From Candidatus Norongarragalina meridionalis (lineage in GTDB: Archaea > Micrarchaeota > Micrarchaeia > Norongarragalinales > Norongarragalinaceae): DNA of 64,000 bases. The notes beneath the pieces are model-generated. The model saw only the letters and a list, made by a program, of their open reading frames with translations. It searched no databases and had not been told where the DNA came from. Below, piece by piece: positions 34,117 through 42,138 of the stretch; the stretch's first letter is position 1; the number at the start of each line of letters is the position of its first letter. A program made the position numbers and the translations under genes. The DNA lies in NCBI GenBank assembly GCA_902384935.1, contig CABMDO010000019.1, positions 31,087 to 95,086 on the forward strand, read 5' to 3'.

Positions 34117-34493
34117 CGCTGCCGAAGATTGAGAACACGGAAAAGGCATTCGACGCCCTGAAGAAAAGCGGGGGCGGAAGGATGCTGGTCACTAACGGAG
34201 TTGTACGCGGCGTGATGTTCGATCCGGAAGTCCGTAGAATTCTCGTTACGTTCAAGAACAAAATGGACGAGGAAAATACCTTTAAGGCGCTCGCCTTCGC
34301 CGCAAGGCGGGAAATCGGTCCGCTTGCGCTGGTCAAGAAAAGCAAAGAGTACGGGATAGAGGTTTATCCGAATGGAAACGAACCTACGGCGCTAAGGGAT
34401 CCGATAACATTCGGGGGCGAAGGCGCGGAAGCGCCGATGGCTTACCGCGAGGAAATGCTGAGACTGCTTAAACACGTTGTTTTTCCTTCGTGA
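34113..34493 (+). CDS. Hypothetical 126-aa protein, last gene of the idsA-ispH-ispE unit
   Basis: ATG 34113 overlaps the ispE stop (ATGA): MTLPKIENTEKAFDALKKSGGGRMLV... No family recognised. The Arg-rich upstream part of track ORF 33990 was rejected. Confidence 0.4.
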   Translation: MTLPKIENTEKAFDALKKSGGGRMLVTNGVVRGVMFDPEVRRILVTFKNKMDEENTFKALAFAARREIGPLALVKKSKEYGIEVYPNGNEPTALRDPITFGGEGAEAPMAYREEMLRLLKHVVFPS

Positions 34494-34956
34494 CGAGCAC
34501 CACGGCGTACGCCATCACGCCGTCTCCTTTTCCAAAAGCGGACAGCGTTTCTCCCGTAGTCGCGGTGATGCCGACTTTATCCGAAGGAATGCCCAGTATT
34601 TTCGAAAGCGACAATTGCATTTTTTCGAACGAAGGCTCTATCTTGGGTTTCGCGCACTCGATGGACACGGAAACGTTGGAAACGGAATAGCCCGCTTCCT
34701 TTACTTTCTTCAGCGCGACCTTCACGTATTCGCGGCTGTCTGTGATTCCTTTTTTGCACAGGTCGTCCGCATAAGAAGAAAGGGAACGGCCGCCTACTGA
34801 AGAGGCAAGCGCGTTGCATAGGGCGTGAAGAACCACGTCGCCGTCGGAATTCGCCTTGAAGCCGCGCTCGCCCTCGAAAACCACGCCGCCCAAGACGCAT
34901 TTTTTCCCTTCGGCAAACGCATGCGAATCGTGCCCCAAACCAACGCGGAATTCCAT
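34468..34956 (-). CDS. ispF: 2-C-methyl-D-erythritol 2,4-cyclodiphosphate synthase (IspF)
   Basis: FRVGLGHDSHAF, SDGDVVLHALCNAL, ITATTGE; 162 aa. Confidence 0.9.
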   Translation of the reverse strand: MEFRVGLGHDSHAFAEGKKCVLGGVVFEGERGFKANSDGDVVLHALCNALASSVGGRSLSSYADDLCKKGITDSREYVKVALKKVKEAGYSVSNVSVSIECAKPKIEPSFEKMQLSLSKILGIPSDKVGITATTGETLSAFGKGDGVMAYAVVLVTKEKQRV

Positions 34957-34965
34957 TCAAATCAC

Positions 34966-36252
34966 CTACAGAAGCGTTTTTACCCTCGCGTAAACCTCGC
35001 GCAGCCTGTTCTCCGCGAGTTCGCACGCCCTCGCGAGCAGCGGGTTCTGCGGCTTCAGGCGCGACTGGATGTCCGCGAAGCGCTCGTCCAAACCCATCAC
35101 CAATCCGCCCTGCCCAACGCACAAATCCGCGTAAGTAAGTATCTCCGCCGCGAGGGAAGACGGAATCAGATCCTGAGGCTCGAACCCGTACTGCGACAGG
35201 TCCGTTCCGCGGAGTTTCGCCTCCTCGAATGCTGCGTTGTGCGAAAGCACGACGCGCGCCACGCCTTCCTCGTTCTTTTCGCGGAGGAAAACCGCGGCAT
35301 CGACCGCGTGCACGCCGGCTTTTTTCAGCGGCTCGGCGTAGCCTATGTCGTGGAGCAGCGCCGCGATGCGCAGTTCCTCCACGTCGAGCAGCTCGATACG
35401 CTTGACAAGCGATGCCTGCGAATATTTTCCCTTGGAGAGGTTTTCCTTGAGTTTGAGCGCGGTTTCCGCCGCGACGCGCGTTACCTCCAAATCGTGCTTG
35501 TAACGCGTCGGGTTCTCGCCGAGATACTGCTTCAGCAGGCGCATCGCATCGTCGTACGTAAAGCGGGTTTTCGTCATCCTCCTCCGCAAAACGTCTTCCG
35601 CGAAAACGATGTCTTCGAGCGTCGTAATCTTGATGTTCTCGTAGCTTCCTTCGACGATTTTGACGGGCACGCCGATGCGCTCGACGAGCTGCACGTCGTC
35701 GGTGCCGTAGAATTTTTCCGAAATCGCCTTCTCGAACGCCTTCATCGCGACGTCGTAAACGATGCACTGGGGCGTTTGCACCGCCCACAGGGCGGCGCGC
35801 ACAGGCGTCTCCTGCACGAGCATGTCTGCGCCGACGCGCTTCACCGTCTCCTTCACGCGCGTCCCCACCACTGCCGCGCCAGTCTCCTTCGCGGCGTTTA
35901 TGCAGTCCGTGATTTCCTTCTGCGTCACGAGCGGGTTCGCGCCGTTGTGAATTGCGACGATATCGCACTTCGGGCACGCCTTCAAGCCGTTGTAAACCGA
36001 ATCCTGGCGCTCCTGTCCGCCGACTACCACGGCGCGGATTTTCTTGAATCCGAAATCCTTGGCCATCGACTGGAAGTCTGGCACGCGCTCCTCGCCGCAC
36101 ACGACGAGTATGTCCGTCACGAACGGATTGTCCTCGAACGCCTGTATCGCGTGCGCGGAAACGGGTTTTCCGAGCAACGGAAAGAGCTGCTTGCTTATGC
36201 CGCCGAGCCTCTTCGCCTTGCCCGATGCGGCGATGATTGCGACTACTTTCAT
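34966..36252 (-). CDS. ispD: 2-C-methyl-D-erythritol 4-phosphate cytidylyltransferase (IspD) fused to a C-terminal HD-domain phosphohydrolase
   Basis: MKVVAIIAASGKAKRLGGISKQ..., VAIHNGANPLV, VQTPQ, ENIKITT = IspD (~225 aa). Then ...YKHDLEVTRVAAE...IAALLHDIGY...HAVDAA...LSHN = HD domain (~200 aa). ATG 36252 overlaps the ispG stop (ATGA). The Arg-rich upstream part of track ORF (to 36744) lies inside ispG and was rejected. Confidence 0.8.
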   Translation of the reverse strand: MKVVAIIAASGKAKRLGGISKQLFPLLGKPVSAHAIQAFEDNPFVTDILVVCGEERVPDFQSMAKDFGFKKIRAVVVGGQERQDSVYNGLKACPKCDIVAIHNGANPLVTQKEITDCINAAKETGAAVVGTRVKETVKRVGADMLVQETPVRAALWAVQTPQCIVYDVAMKAFEKAISEKFYGTDDVQLVERIGVPVKIVEGSYENIKITTLEDIVFAEDVLRRRMTKTRFTYDDAMRLLKQYLGENPTRYKHDLEVTRVAAETALKLKENLSKGKYSQASLVKRIELLDVEELRIAALLHDIGYAEPLKKAGVHAVDAAVFLREKNEEGVARVVLSHNAAFEEAKLRGTDLSQYGFEPQDLIPSSLAAEILTYADLCVGQGGLVMGLDERFADIQSRLKPQNPLLARACELAENRLREVYARVKTLL

Positions 36253-37322
36253 GCCTTTCGCCTCTCCTTCAGCATAGCGTCGATTTCCTCGAACAGCGCG
36301 CCGACGATTTCGCTTTCCTTCACCTTGCGCACTACCTGCCCCTTGCGGAATATCACTCCGACTCCCCGTCCGCCGGCGACTCCGACATCCGCTTCGCGCG
36401 CCTCGCCCGGGCCGTTTACGACGCAGCCCATCACCGCGACGTGGAACGGCTCCTTGTACGTCTGCAGCTTCGCCTCCACTTCCTCGGCGATTTTTATGAG
36501 GTTGATTTCCGTGCGTCCGCACGTGGGGCACGACGTCATGATGGGGCCGCGCTCGCGCAAACCCAAGTCCTTGAGTATTTCGTATCCGACCCTGACTTCC
36601 TCCAGCGGGGACGCGGTAAGCGAAACGCGTATCGTGTCGCCGATTCCCTCCATCAGCAGGGCACCGAGCGCCATCGAGGACTTGATGCTTCCGCCGAGCG
36701 TCGTTCCTGCCTCGGTAACGCCGAGATGAAGGGGATAGTCGCACTGCTTCGCCATGAGCTTGTACGCCGCGACAGTCCTGGGAACGTCGCTGAACTTAAG
36801 CGAAACGACGATGTCGCGGAAATCCAGCGATTCGAGAATCCTGATGTGCCCGAACGCGCTTTCCACCGCCGCTTCGGGCGTCGGACGCCCGTATTTCTGC
36901 AGCAGCGCAGGTTCGAGCGAACCCGCGTTGACGCCGATGCGCATCGGGATGCCCGCATTTTTCGCCGCTTTGACTACGGCGCGCGTCTTTTCCTCGCCTC
37001 CGATGTTTCCGGGGTTTATGCGGAGCTTTGAAACGCCGTTGTCGATGCATTTCAACGCGAGTTTGTAATCGAAATGGATGTCGGAGCAGACGGGGATGGG
37101 CGAATCCCTCGCAATAATCTTGACCGCGTCCGCGGCTTTTTCGTCCGGAATCGCGACGCGAACGAGTTCGCATCCCCTTTCGGCGAGCGCTTCGATCTGC
37201 TCGAGCGTTTTCTTTGCGTCGCGAGTGTCGGTATTGCACATGCTCTGCACTACGACCGGCGCGCCGCCGCCGATTTTTACGGAACCCGCCTTCACCTGCC
37301 GGGATTTACGCCTTGGAAACAT
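36249..37322 (-). CDS. ispG: 4-hydroxy-3-methylbut-2-en-1-yl diphosphate synthase (IspG/GcpE)
   Basis: VKIGGGAPVVVQSMCNT, LRINPGNIG, [4Fe-4S] ligand region SCPTCGRT...VMGCVVNGPGE. ATG 37322 chosen (17-nt overlap with dxr). Confidence 0.9.
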   Translation of the reverse strand: MFPRRKSRQVKAGSVKIGGGAPVVVQSMCNTDTRDAKKTLEQIEALAERGCELVRVAIPDEKAADAVKIIARDSPIPVCSDIHFDYKLALKCIDNGVSKLRINPGNIGGEEKTRAVVKAAKNAGIPMRIGVNAGSLEPALLQKYGRPTPEAAVESAFGHIRILESLDFRDIVVSLKFSDVPRTVAAYKLMAKQCDYPLHLGVTEAGTTLGGSIKSSMALGALLMEGIGDTIRVSLTASPLEEVRVGYEILKDLGLRERGPIMTSCPTCGRTEINLIKIAEEVEAKLQTYKEPFHVAVMGCVVNGPGEAREADVGVAGGRGVGVIFRKGQVVRKVKESEIVGALFEEIDAMLKERRKA

Positions 37323-38457
37323 ATCCTTCAGCCTCTTTTCTCGCCCATGCATCTGCGGCGAGTATCTCTTCGAGCGACGGCGAGGAAACTGTGCGGTGCG
37401 CCGCAACCACTTTCGAAACCGTCTTCGGAATGCCCATAAAACCTATTTTTTTGTTCAGGAACGCGAACACCGCTATTTCGTTGGCGGCGTTCATAACCGC
37501 GGGAATCGTGCCGCCTTTTTCTCCCGCGTCGAGCGCCATGCGGAAGCACGGGAAGCGCGCCTCGTCGATTTTTTTGAACGAAAGCGTTCCTACGTCCGCC
37601 AGATTCAACCTTTTCAGGGAAGGGTTCGGCAGCCTCTCGGGATAGGAAAGCGCGTACTGTATCGGAAGCCGCATATCGGGGAGCCCGAGCTGCGCCATCA
37701 CGGACGTGTCTTCGAATTCCACGAGCGAATGAATCACGCTCTGCGGGTGAATCACCGCCTCGATTTTTTCGTAGGGAACGCCGTAGAGCCAGTGCGCCTC
37801 GATTACTTCCAAACCCTTGTTCATCAGCGTCGCGGAATCAATCGTGATTTTCCCGCCCATCGCCCAGTTCGGATGCTTCAGCGCCTGCTCGGGCGTCGCC
37901 TTTTCCATCTGCGCAAGGGTCCAGTCGCGGAACGAGCCTCCGGACGCGGTTATGATGATGCGCGCTATGCTTTTCCAGTTCTCGCCGTGGAGGCACTGGA
38001 AAATCGCGGAGTGCTCGCTGTCTATGGGCAGGAGCGTGACGCCTTCCTTCTTGACAAGAGGCATTACTACGCTTCCGCCCGCAACGAGCGTTTCCTTGTT
38101 CGCGAGAGCAATATTCTTTTTCGCTTTGATTGCCGCCACGGTTGGTTTCAAGCCAGCTGCGCCGACTATGGCGGTTACCACGGTATCGCATCCGTCCATG
38201 GTTGCCAGCGCGTTCAGCCCGTCTTCGCCGTGAAGGACTTCCACGCCCGGAAGTTTCGGCCCGAGTTTTTTCGCGTCATCCTCCTTTGAAACGCAAACCA
38301 TCTTCGGCTTGAACTTTTTCGCTTGCGCCTCGATTAATTCCACGTTCCCGCCTGCGCTGAGCCCTACGACTTTGAACTTTTCGGGAAAGCGGCCTACTAC
38401 GTCGAGCGTCTGGGTGCCGATGGAACCCGTAGAGCCGAGAATGCAGATGCGCTTCAT
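37306..38457 (-). CDS. dxr: 1-deoxy-D-xylulose 5-phosphate reductoisomerase (Dxr/IspC)
   Basis: ICILGSTGSIGTQTLDV, LANKETLV, PIDSEHSAIFQCL, NAANE. ATG 38457 overlaps the dxs stop (ATGA); the alternative start is 38466. Confidence 0.9.
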   Translation of the reverse strand: MKRICILGSTGSIGTQTLDVVGRFPEKFKVVGLSAGGNVELIEAQAKKFKPKMVCVSKEDDAKKLGPKLPGVEVLHGEDGLNALATMDGCDTVVTAIVGAAGLKPTVAAIKAKKNIALANKETLVAGGSVVMPLVKKEGVTLLPIDSEHSAIFQCLHGENWKSIARIIITASGGSFRDWTLAQMEKATPEQALKHPNWAMGGKITIDSATLMNKGLEVIEAHWLYGVPYEKIEAVIHPQSVIHSLVEFEDTSVMAQLGLPDMRLPIQYALSYPERLPNPSLKRLNLADVGTLSFKKIDEARFPCFRMALDAGEKGGTIPAVMNAANEIAVFAFLNKKIGFMGIPKTVSKVVAAHRTVSSPSLEEILAADAWARKEAEGYVSKA

Positions 38458-40322
38458 TTTCCGCACAACCTTTCGATTGCCTTGAGGACTCCTTCCTTGT
38501 TCAAGCCGTACTGCGCGAGGAGGATTTCCGGCGCGCCGTGTTCGATGAACTCGTCGGGATAGCCGAGGCAGTGCACCTTGGCTTCCACTCCCCTGGCGGT
38601 GAGCATCTCTAGAACCTCGCTCCCGAACCCGCCCGCAAGCACGCCGTCCTCAACCGTGAGCACGCGCCCCGTCTTTTTGGCGTATTCGATGATGAGCGTT
38701 TCGTCGAGCGGCTTCAGATACTGCGGGTCTATTACCGCGACGGAATGCTTCGACTCCTTCGCGGCTTCGAGCGCGACGTTCGCCATCACGCCGGCTCCTA
38801 TGATTACGACGTCCTTGCCGTCCTTCATCAGATGCGCCTTGCCAATCGGAAGCTCATTGAATTCCTTCTTCAGCGGCAACCCCGGGCCGGAACCGCGCGG
38901 GTAGCGCACCGCCACCGGGCCGTTGTGTTTCACGGCGGTGTAAAGCATGTCCTGCAACTGCGGCTCGTTCGATGCGGACATTATCACGAGATTGGGTACC
39001 GAGCGTAAGAACGAGATGTCGAACACGCCGTGGTGCGTCGGCCCGTCGTCGCCCACTATTCCCGCGCGATCAATCGCGAACGTCACGGGAAGGTTCTGCA
39101 GGCAGACGTCGTGTATCACCTGGTCGTAGGCGCGCTGGAGGAACGACGAATAAACCGCAAAAACAGGATGCAATCCGTTCGCAGCCATTCCCGCGGCGAA
39201 CGTTACGGCATGTTGTTCCGCGATTCCCACGTCGAAGAAGTTCTCGGGGAACGCTTCCGCCAACTTTATGGTTCCGGTTCCCGAAGGCATCGCGGCGGTT
39301 ATGCCCACTATCCTCTTGTTCTGCCTGACGAGTTCGACGAGGGTTTCACCGAACACGTCCTGGAACGCGGGTTTGCCTTTGGGTTTCGAGGGTTTGCCGC
39401 TTTCGGGGTCGAACGGCGCGCATCCGTGGAAGCGCGGCGCGTCGTCCTCGGCGTATTCGCAGCCCTTGCCTTTCTGCGTTATGACGTGCACCAGCACCGG
39501 GCCGCGCATCTTCTTCACCGATTCGAACGTTTCTATAAGTTTCGAAATGTCGTGCCCGTCTATGGGCCCGATGTACGTAAAGCCCAGTTCCTCGAAAACC
39601 AATCCGCTCGTGAGTACCGCTAGCGCTGCTTCCCTCAGCCTGCGGACGGTGTCGACGAGCTCCTTCTGCTCTGGCGGAATCTGGGAAAGCAGGTAATAGA
39701 TATCCTGCCGAACGCGGTTGTAGACGGGCCAGTTCGGCACCTTTTTGGCCAGGCGGTTGGTGTAGAAGGACATCGCGCCCACGTTGGGCGAGATGGACAT
39801 GAAGTTGTCGTTCAGGACTACCACCAAATCCGTGCCGCGGTGCCCTGCCTGGTTCAACGCTTCGAAGGACATGCCGCCGGTCATGGCGCCGTCGCCGATT
39901 ACCGCGAGAACCTTGTAACTCTCGCCTTTGGTATCGCGCGCCTGCGCTATGCCCAGAGCCGCCGAGATTGACGTGGAGGAATGCCCCGTACCGAAAACGT
40001 CGTGCTCGCTTTCGCACATTTTCGGGAACCCGCTGATGCCCTTGTACTGCCGTATGGTGCCGAAGCGCTCCTTCCTGCCGGTAAGCAGCTTGTGCACGTA
40101 GCACTGGTGCCCCACGTCCCAGACGAATTTATCGCGGGGCGAGTTGAAGACGTAGTGCATGGCTATGGTGAGCTCGACCACGCCGAGATTCGGCGCAAGA
40201 TGCCCTCCGGTAACCGACACCGTCTTGATAATCGTCTCCCGTATCTCCTCGGCGAGTTTGGGCAGCTCCGCAATGGAAAGCCGCTTCAAATCGCTGGGTG
40301 AGTCTATGTTTTCCAGAAGCAT
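38454..40322 (-). CDS. dxs: 1-deoxy-D-xylulose 5-phosphate synthase (Dxs)
   Basis: TGGHLAPNLGVVELTIAMHYVF, VWDVGHQCYVHKLLTGR, ThDP motif IGDGAMTGGMSFEALN, IAEQHAVTFAAG; 622 aa. Confidence 0.9.
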   Translation of the reverse strand: MLLENIDSPSDLKRLSIAELPKLAEEIRETIIKTVSVTGGHLAPNLGVVELTIAMHYVFNSPRDKFVWDVGHQCYVHKLLTGRKERFGTIRQYKGISGFPKMCESEHDVFGTGHSSTSISAALGIAQARDTKGESYKVLAVIGDGAMTGGMSFEALNQAGHRGTDLVVVLNDNFMSISPNVGAMSFYTNRLAKKVPNWPVYNRVRQDIYYLLSQIPPEQKELVDTVRRLREAALAVLTSGLVFEELGFTYIGPIDGHDISKLIETFESVKKMRGPVLVHVITQKGKGCEYAEDDAPRFHGCAPFDPESGKPSKPKGKPAFQDVFGETLVELVRQNKRIVGITAAMPSGTGTIKLAEAFPENFFDVGIAEQHAVTFAAGMAANGLHPVFAVYSSFLQRAYDQVIHDVCLQNLPVTFAIDRAGIVGDDGPTHHGVFDISFLRSVPNLVIMSASNEPQLQDMLYTAVKHNGPVAVRYPRGSGPGLPLKKEFNELPIGKAHLMKDGKDVVIIGAGVMANVALEAAKESKHSVAVIDPQYLKPLDETLIIEYAKKTGRVLTVEDGVLAGGFGSEVLEMLTARGVEAKVHCLGYPDEFIEHGAPEILLAQYGLNKEGVLKAIERLCGK

Positions 40323-40345
40323 AGACAGGATTAGGCGCGCCGAAA

Positions 40346-40354
40346 CATTAAAAC
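40346..40354 (-). promoter_or_regulatory. TATA-box-like element for the dxs operon (leaderless spacing)
   Basis: Minus-strand TTTTAATG lies ~25-32 nt upstream of the dxs ATG (40322). Confidence 0.35.
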
Positions 40355-40403
40355 CCTTTCGCCAAACGTCAATCGTCCCTTCGGCAAACGACGAAGGAAG
40401 CCG

Positions 40404-40411
40404 ATTTAAAA
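40404..40411 (+). promoter_or_regulatory. TATA-box-like element for the 40435 gene (leaderless spacing)
   Basis: ATTTAAAA lies 24-31 nt upstream of ATG 40435. Confidence 0.35.
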
Positions 40412-40434
40412 CCGAGCTGCGTTGTGTTGAACAT

Positions 40435-40851
40435 ATGGAAAGCTGGCTCCTCTACGCGCTCGGCGCGATGCTTCTTCTTGCTGGCGGAAATTTCGCTTTC
40501 AAGATACTGGCGAAGGACTTCAATTTCGCGAATTCGCTCGAAAACAAGACAGTGCCCATCGCGCTCATAGCGCTTGCGTGCGGGGCGGCGATTTACTTCT
40601 TCGTGTTTCCGGGCGCCTCTCCCGCGATGCTCACGTGGCTCGCCGCCGCGGTGCTGTGCTCTTTGTTCGGGTATTTCCTGGTGATAGCGGCGTTGAACAC
40701 CGGAAAGGTGGCGCTCGTAGGCGCGGTGCTGAGCCTGAGCACGATAGTGCTGGCGCTATTGTCGATTAAATTCCTGGGCGACTCGTTCACGCCGATGCAG
40801 GCGGTTGCCATGCTGCTGGCGGTGTGCAGCATAGCTATACTCGCGTTCTAG
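40435..40851 (+). CDS. Small EamA/DMT-superfamily-like membrane transporter (single domain)
   Basis: MESWLLYALGAMLLLAGGNFAFKILAK... with 4-5 TM helices. The upstream part of track ORF 40159 overlaps dxs and was rejected. Confidence 0.55.
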   Translation: MESWLLYALGAMLLLAGGNFAFKILAKDFNFANSLENKTVPIALIALACGAAIYFFVFPGASPAMLTWLAAAVLCSLFGYFLVIAALNTGKVALVGAVLSLSTIVLALLSIKFLGDSFTPMQAVAMLLAVCSIAILAF

Positions 40852-41095
40852 AAAACAGCGGCTTCTTGGCGCGGGCGGTGTGCGCGCGGAACGTCGTCTT
40901 CTTCGTGTCCGAGTCGTCGGGCTTGCCGTTCTTCGCGATGTCGATTTGCTCCGCGATCCAGTCCTTGGCGATACCCTGCGTCTTCATCTCCTTCTGGCAG
41001 TCGTCCTTCAGCGCGCAGGACTCGCAGACGCGCCAGTAGGCGCACTGAAACAGCCACTTGCGGATGACCTTTTTCTTCTTGTCGATAATCCCCAC
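40835..41095 (-). CDS. Small Cys-containing hypothetical protein
   Basis: KWLFQCAYWRVCESCALKDDC (4 Cys) plus a Lys-rich tail. No family recognised; competing ORFs in other frames look worse. Confidence 0.35.
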   Translation of the reverse strand: MGIIDKKKKVIRKWLFQCAYWRVCESCALKDDCQKEMKTQGIAKDWIAEQIDIAKNGKPDDSDTKKTTFRAHTARAKKPLFSRTRV

Positions 41096-41140
41096 GCGAA
41101 CACCCCGTAACTCGAACAGTATATATACTCACAGAAGGAG

Positions 41141-42088
41141 TTAATATATCTTGCTATTGGCGAGTAGTAACAATCTTGACAAGCGCAGGCATTCGTCGAG
41201 CGCCGCCTGCGTTTTTTCCGGTTTTCCGCGGCAGCCGCCTACGGACTCGTGCCCGCCACCCGAACCGCCGAAGGAACGGCCCGCTTTCTCCATTATTTTG
41301 CCGATGTTTCCCTTCGCCGCGGCCCGCTTGGCGCCCGAAATCCTGCCTTCCTTGGGATTGGCGACAAACGCGAAGTCCGCGCCCGCGTCGGTCAGGGCAA
41401 GCGCGGCGCCCAGCTCGAACGAACCCGCGTTGCTCCAGGCTACGATGCCTTTTCCCGCTTTTTCGTACTGCGCCCGTTGCATCGCCTTCAGAACCGCGAT
41501 TTTCTGCGGCATGTCGGGTTCTTCGCGCACGAACGCCGCCGTCTTCGCGTAATCCGCCTTTTTCAGCAACTCCGCCACGATTGGGAAAGTCGCCGCGTTC
41601 GCGCCCGCGAAGAAAGCCGTGTCCGAAAGAATGCCCGCGAGAAGGAGCGAGGACTGCTTCGCGTTCAGCTGCACCTTCATTTCCTTGGCGAGCAGGAATA
41701 TGGCTTCGCACGTGCTTGCCGCACCCCGCTCGACGTGGACGTATCCGCGCACGTGGTTGGAATGGAAATGGTGGTCTATTGCCACGATGCGCTTTCCCTT
41801 CAGCTGCAGACCGCCCAGCAAATCGGGGTTGCTGACGTCGACGAGAATGACGTTGTCGGCGTCTGTTGCCGGAAGAGCGGAAGGAATGGGAAGGCGCAAC
41901 GCTTCCATTACTTTCCGTGCTTGCCTGTTCGCCGTATCAACCAGATGAACCGAGGAAGTGATGCCGCGCCGCTTAAGGATGTCGCGAAGCACCATTGCTC
42001 CCGCCAGCGCGTCCACATCGGCAATCGAGTGCGGATAAATCGCGGTTTCGCCGCGCAACGACGAAAGTTCCCTCGCAAGCCGCTTCAT
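41141..42088 (-). CDS. DHH/DHHA1 phosphoesterase (NrnA/RecJ-like)
   Basis: HSIADVDALAGA (DHH motif I/II region), VILVDVS, IDHH, SDT, C-terminal DHHA1 GGSGGGHESVGG. ATG 42088 chosen. Confidence 0.75.
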   Translation of the reverse strand: MKRLARELSSLRGETAIYPHSIADVDALAGAMVLRDILKRRGITSSVHLVDTANRQARKVMEALRLPIPSALPATDADNVILVDVSNPDLLGGLQLKGKRIVAIDHHFHSNHVRGYVHVERGAASTCEAIFLLAKEMKVQLNAKQSSLLLAGILSDTAFFAGANAATFPIVAELLKKADYAKTAAFVREEPDMPQKIAVLKAMQRAQYEKAGKGIVAWSNAGSFELGAALALTDAGADFAFVANPKEGRISGAKRAAAKGNIGKIMEKAGRSFGGSGGGHESVGGCRGKPEKTQAALDECLRLSRLLLLANSKIY

Positions 42089-42138
42089 GAAAAAAGAAAG
42101 GAGCAAGGGTTTAAAATCAGCCTTGCCGAAAGGAATTC

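Noticed and set aside
34825-36729. 634-aa plus-strand ORF
   Set aside because: It is antisense to ispF/ispD-HD/ispG, which have clear catalytic motifs. Its composition is Arg/Leu/His-biased, so it is a shadow ORF.
36253-36744. N-terminal 164-aa extension of the ispD ORF in the track. The same kind of Arg-rich N-extension occurs at 3829-4014, 27500..28294 (28118-28294), 33990-34112, 40159-40434, 42089-42190, 42972-43190 and 43922-44023.
   Set aside because: The extensions overlap the preceding, well-supported genes, are Arg/Gly-rich nonsense, and each has an internal ATG/GTG positioned at or just after the upstream stop (often an ATGA overlap).
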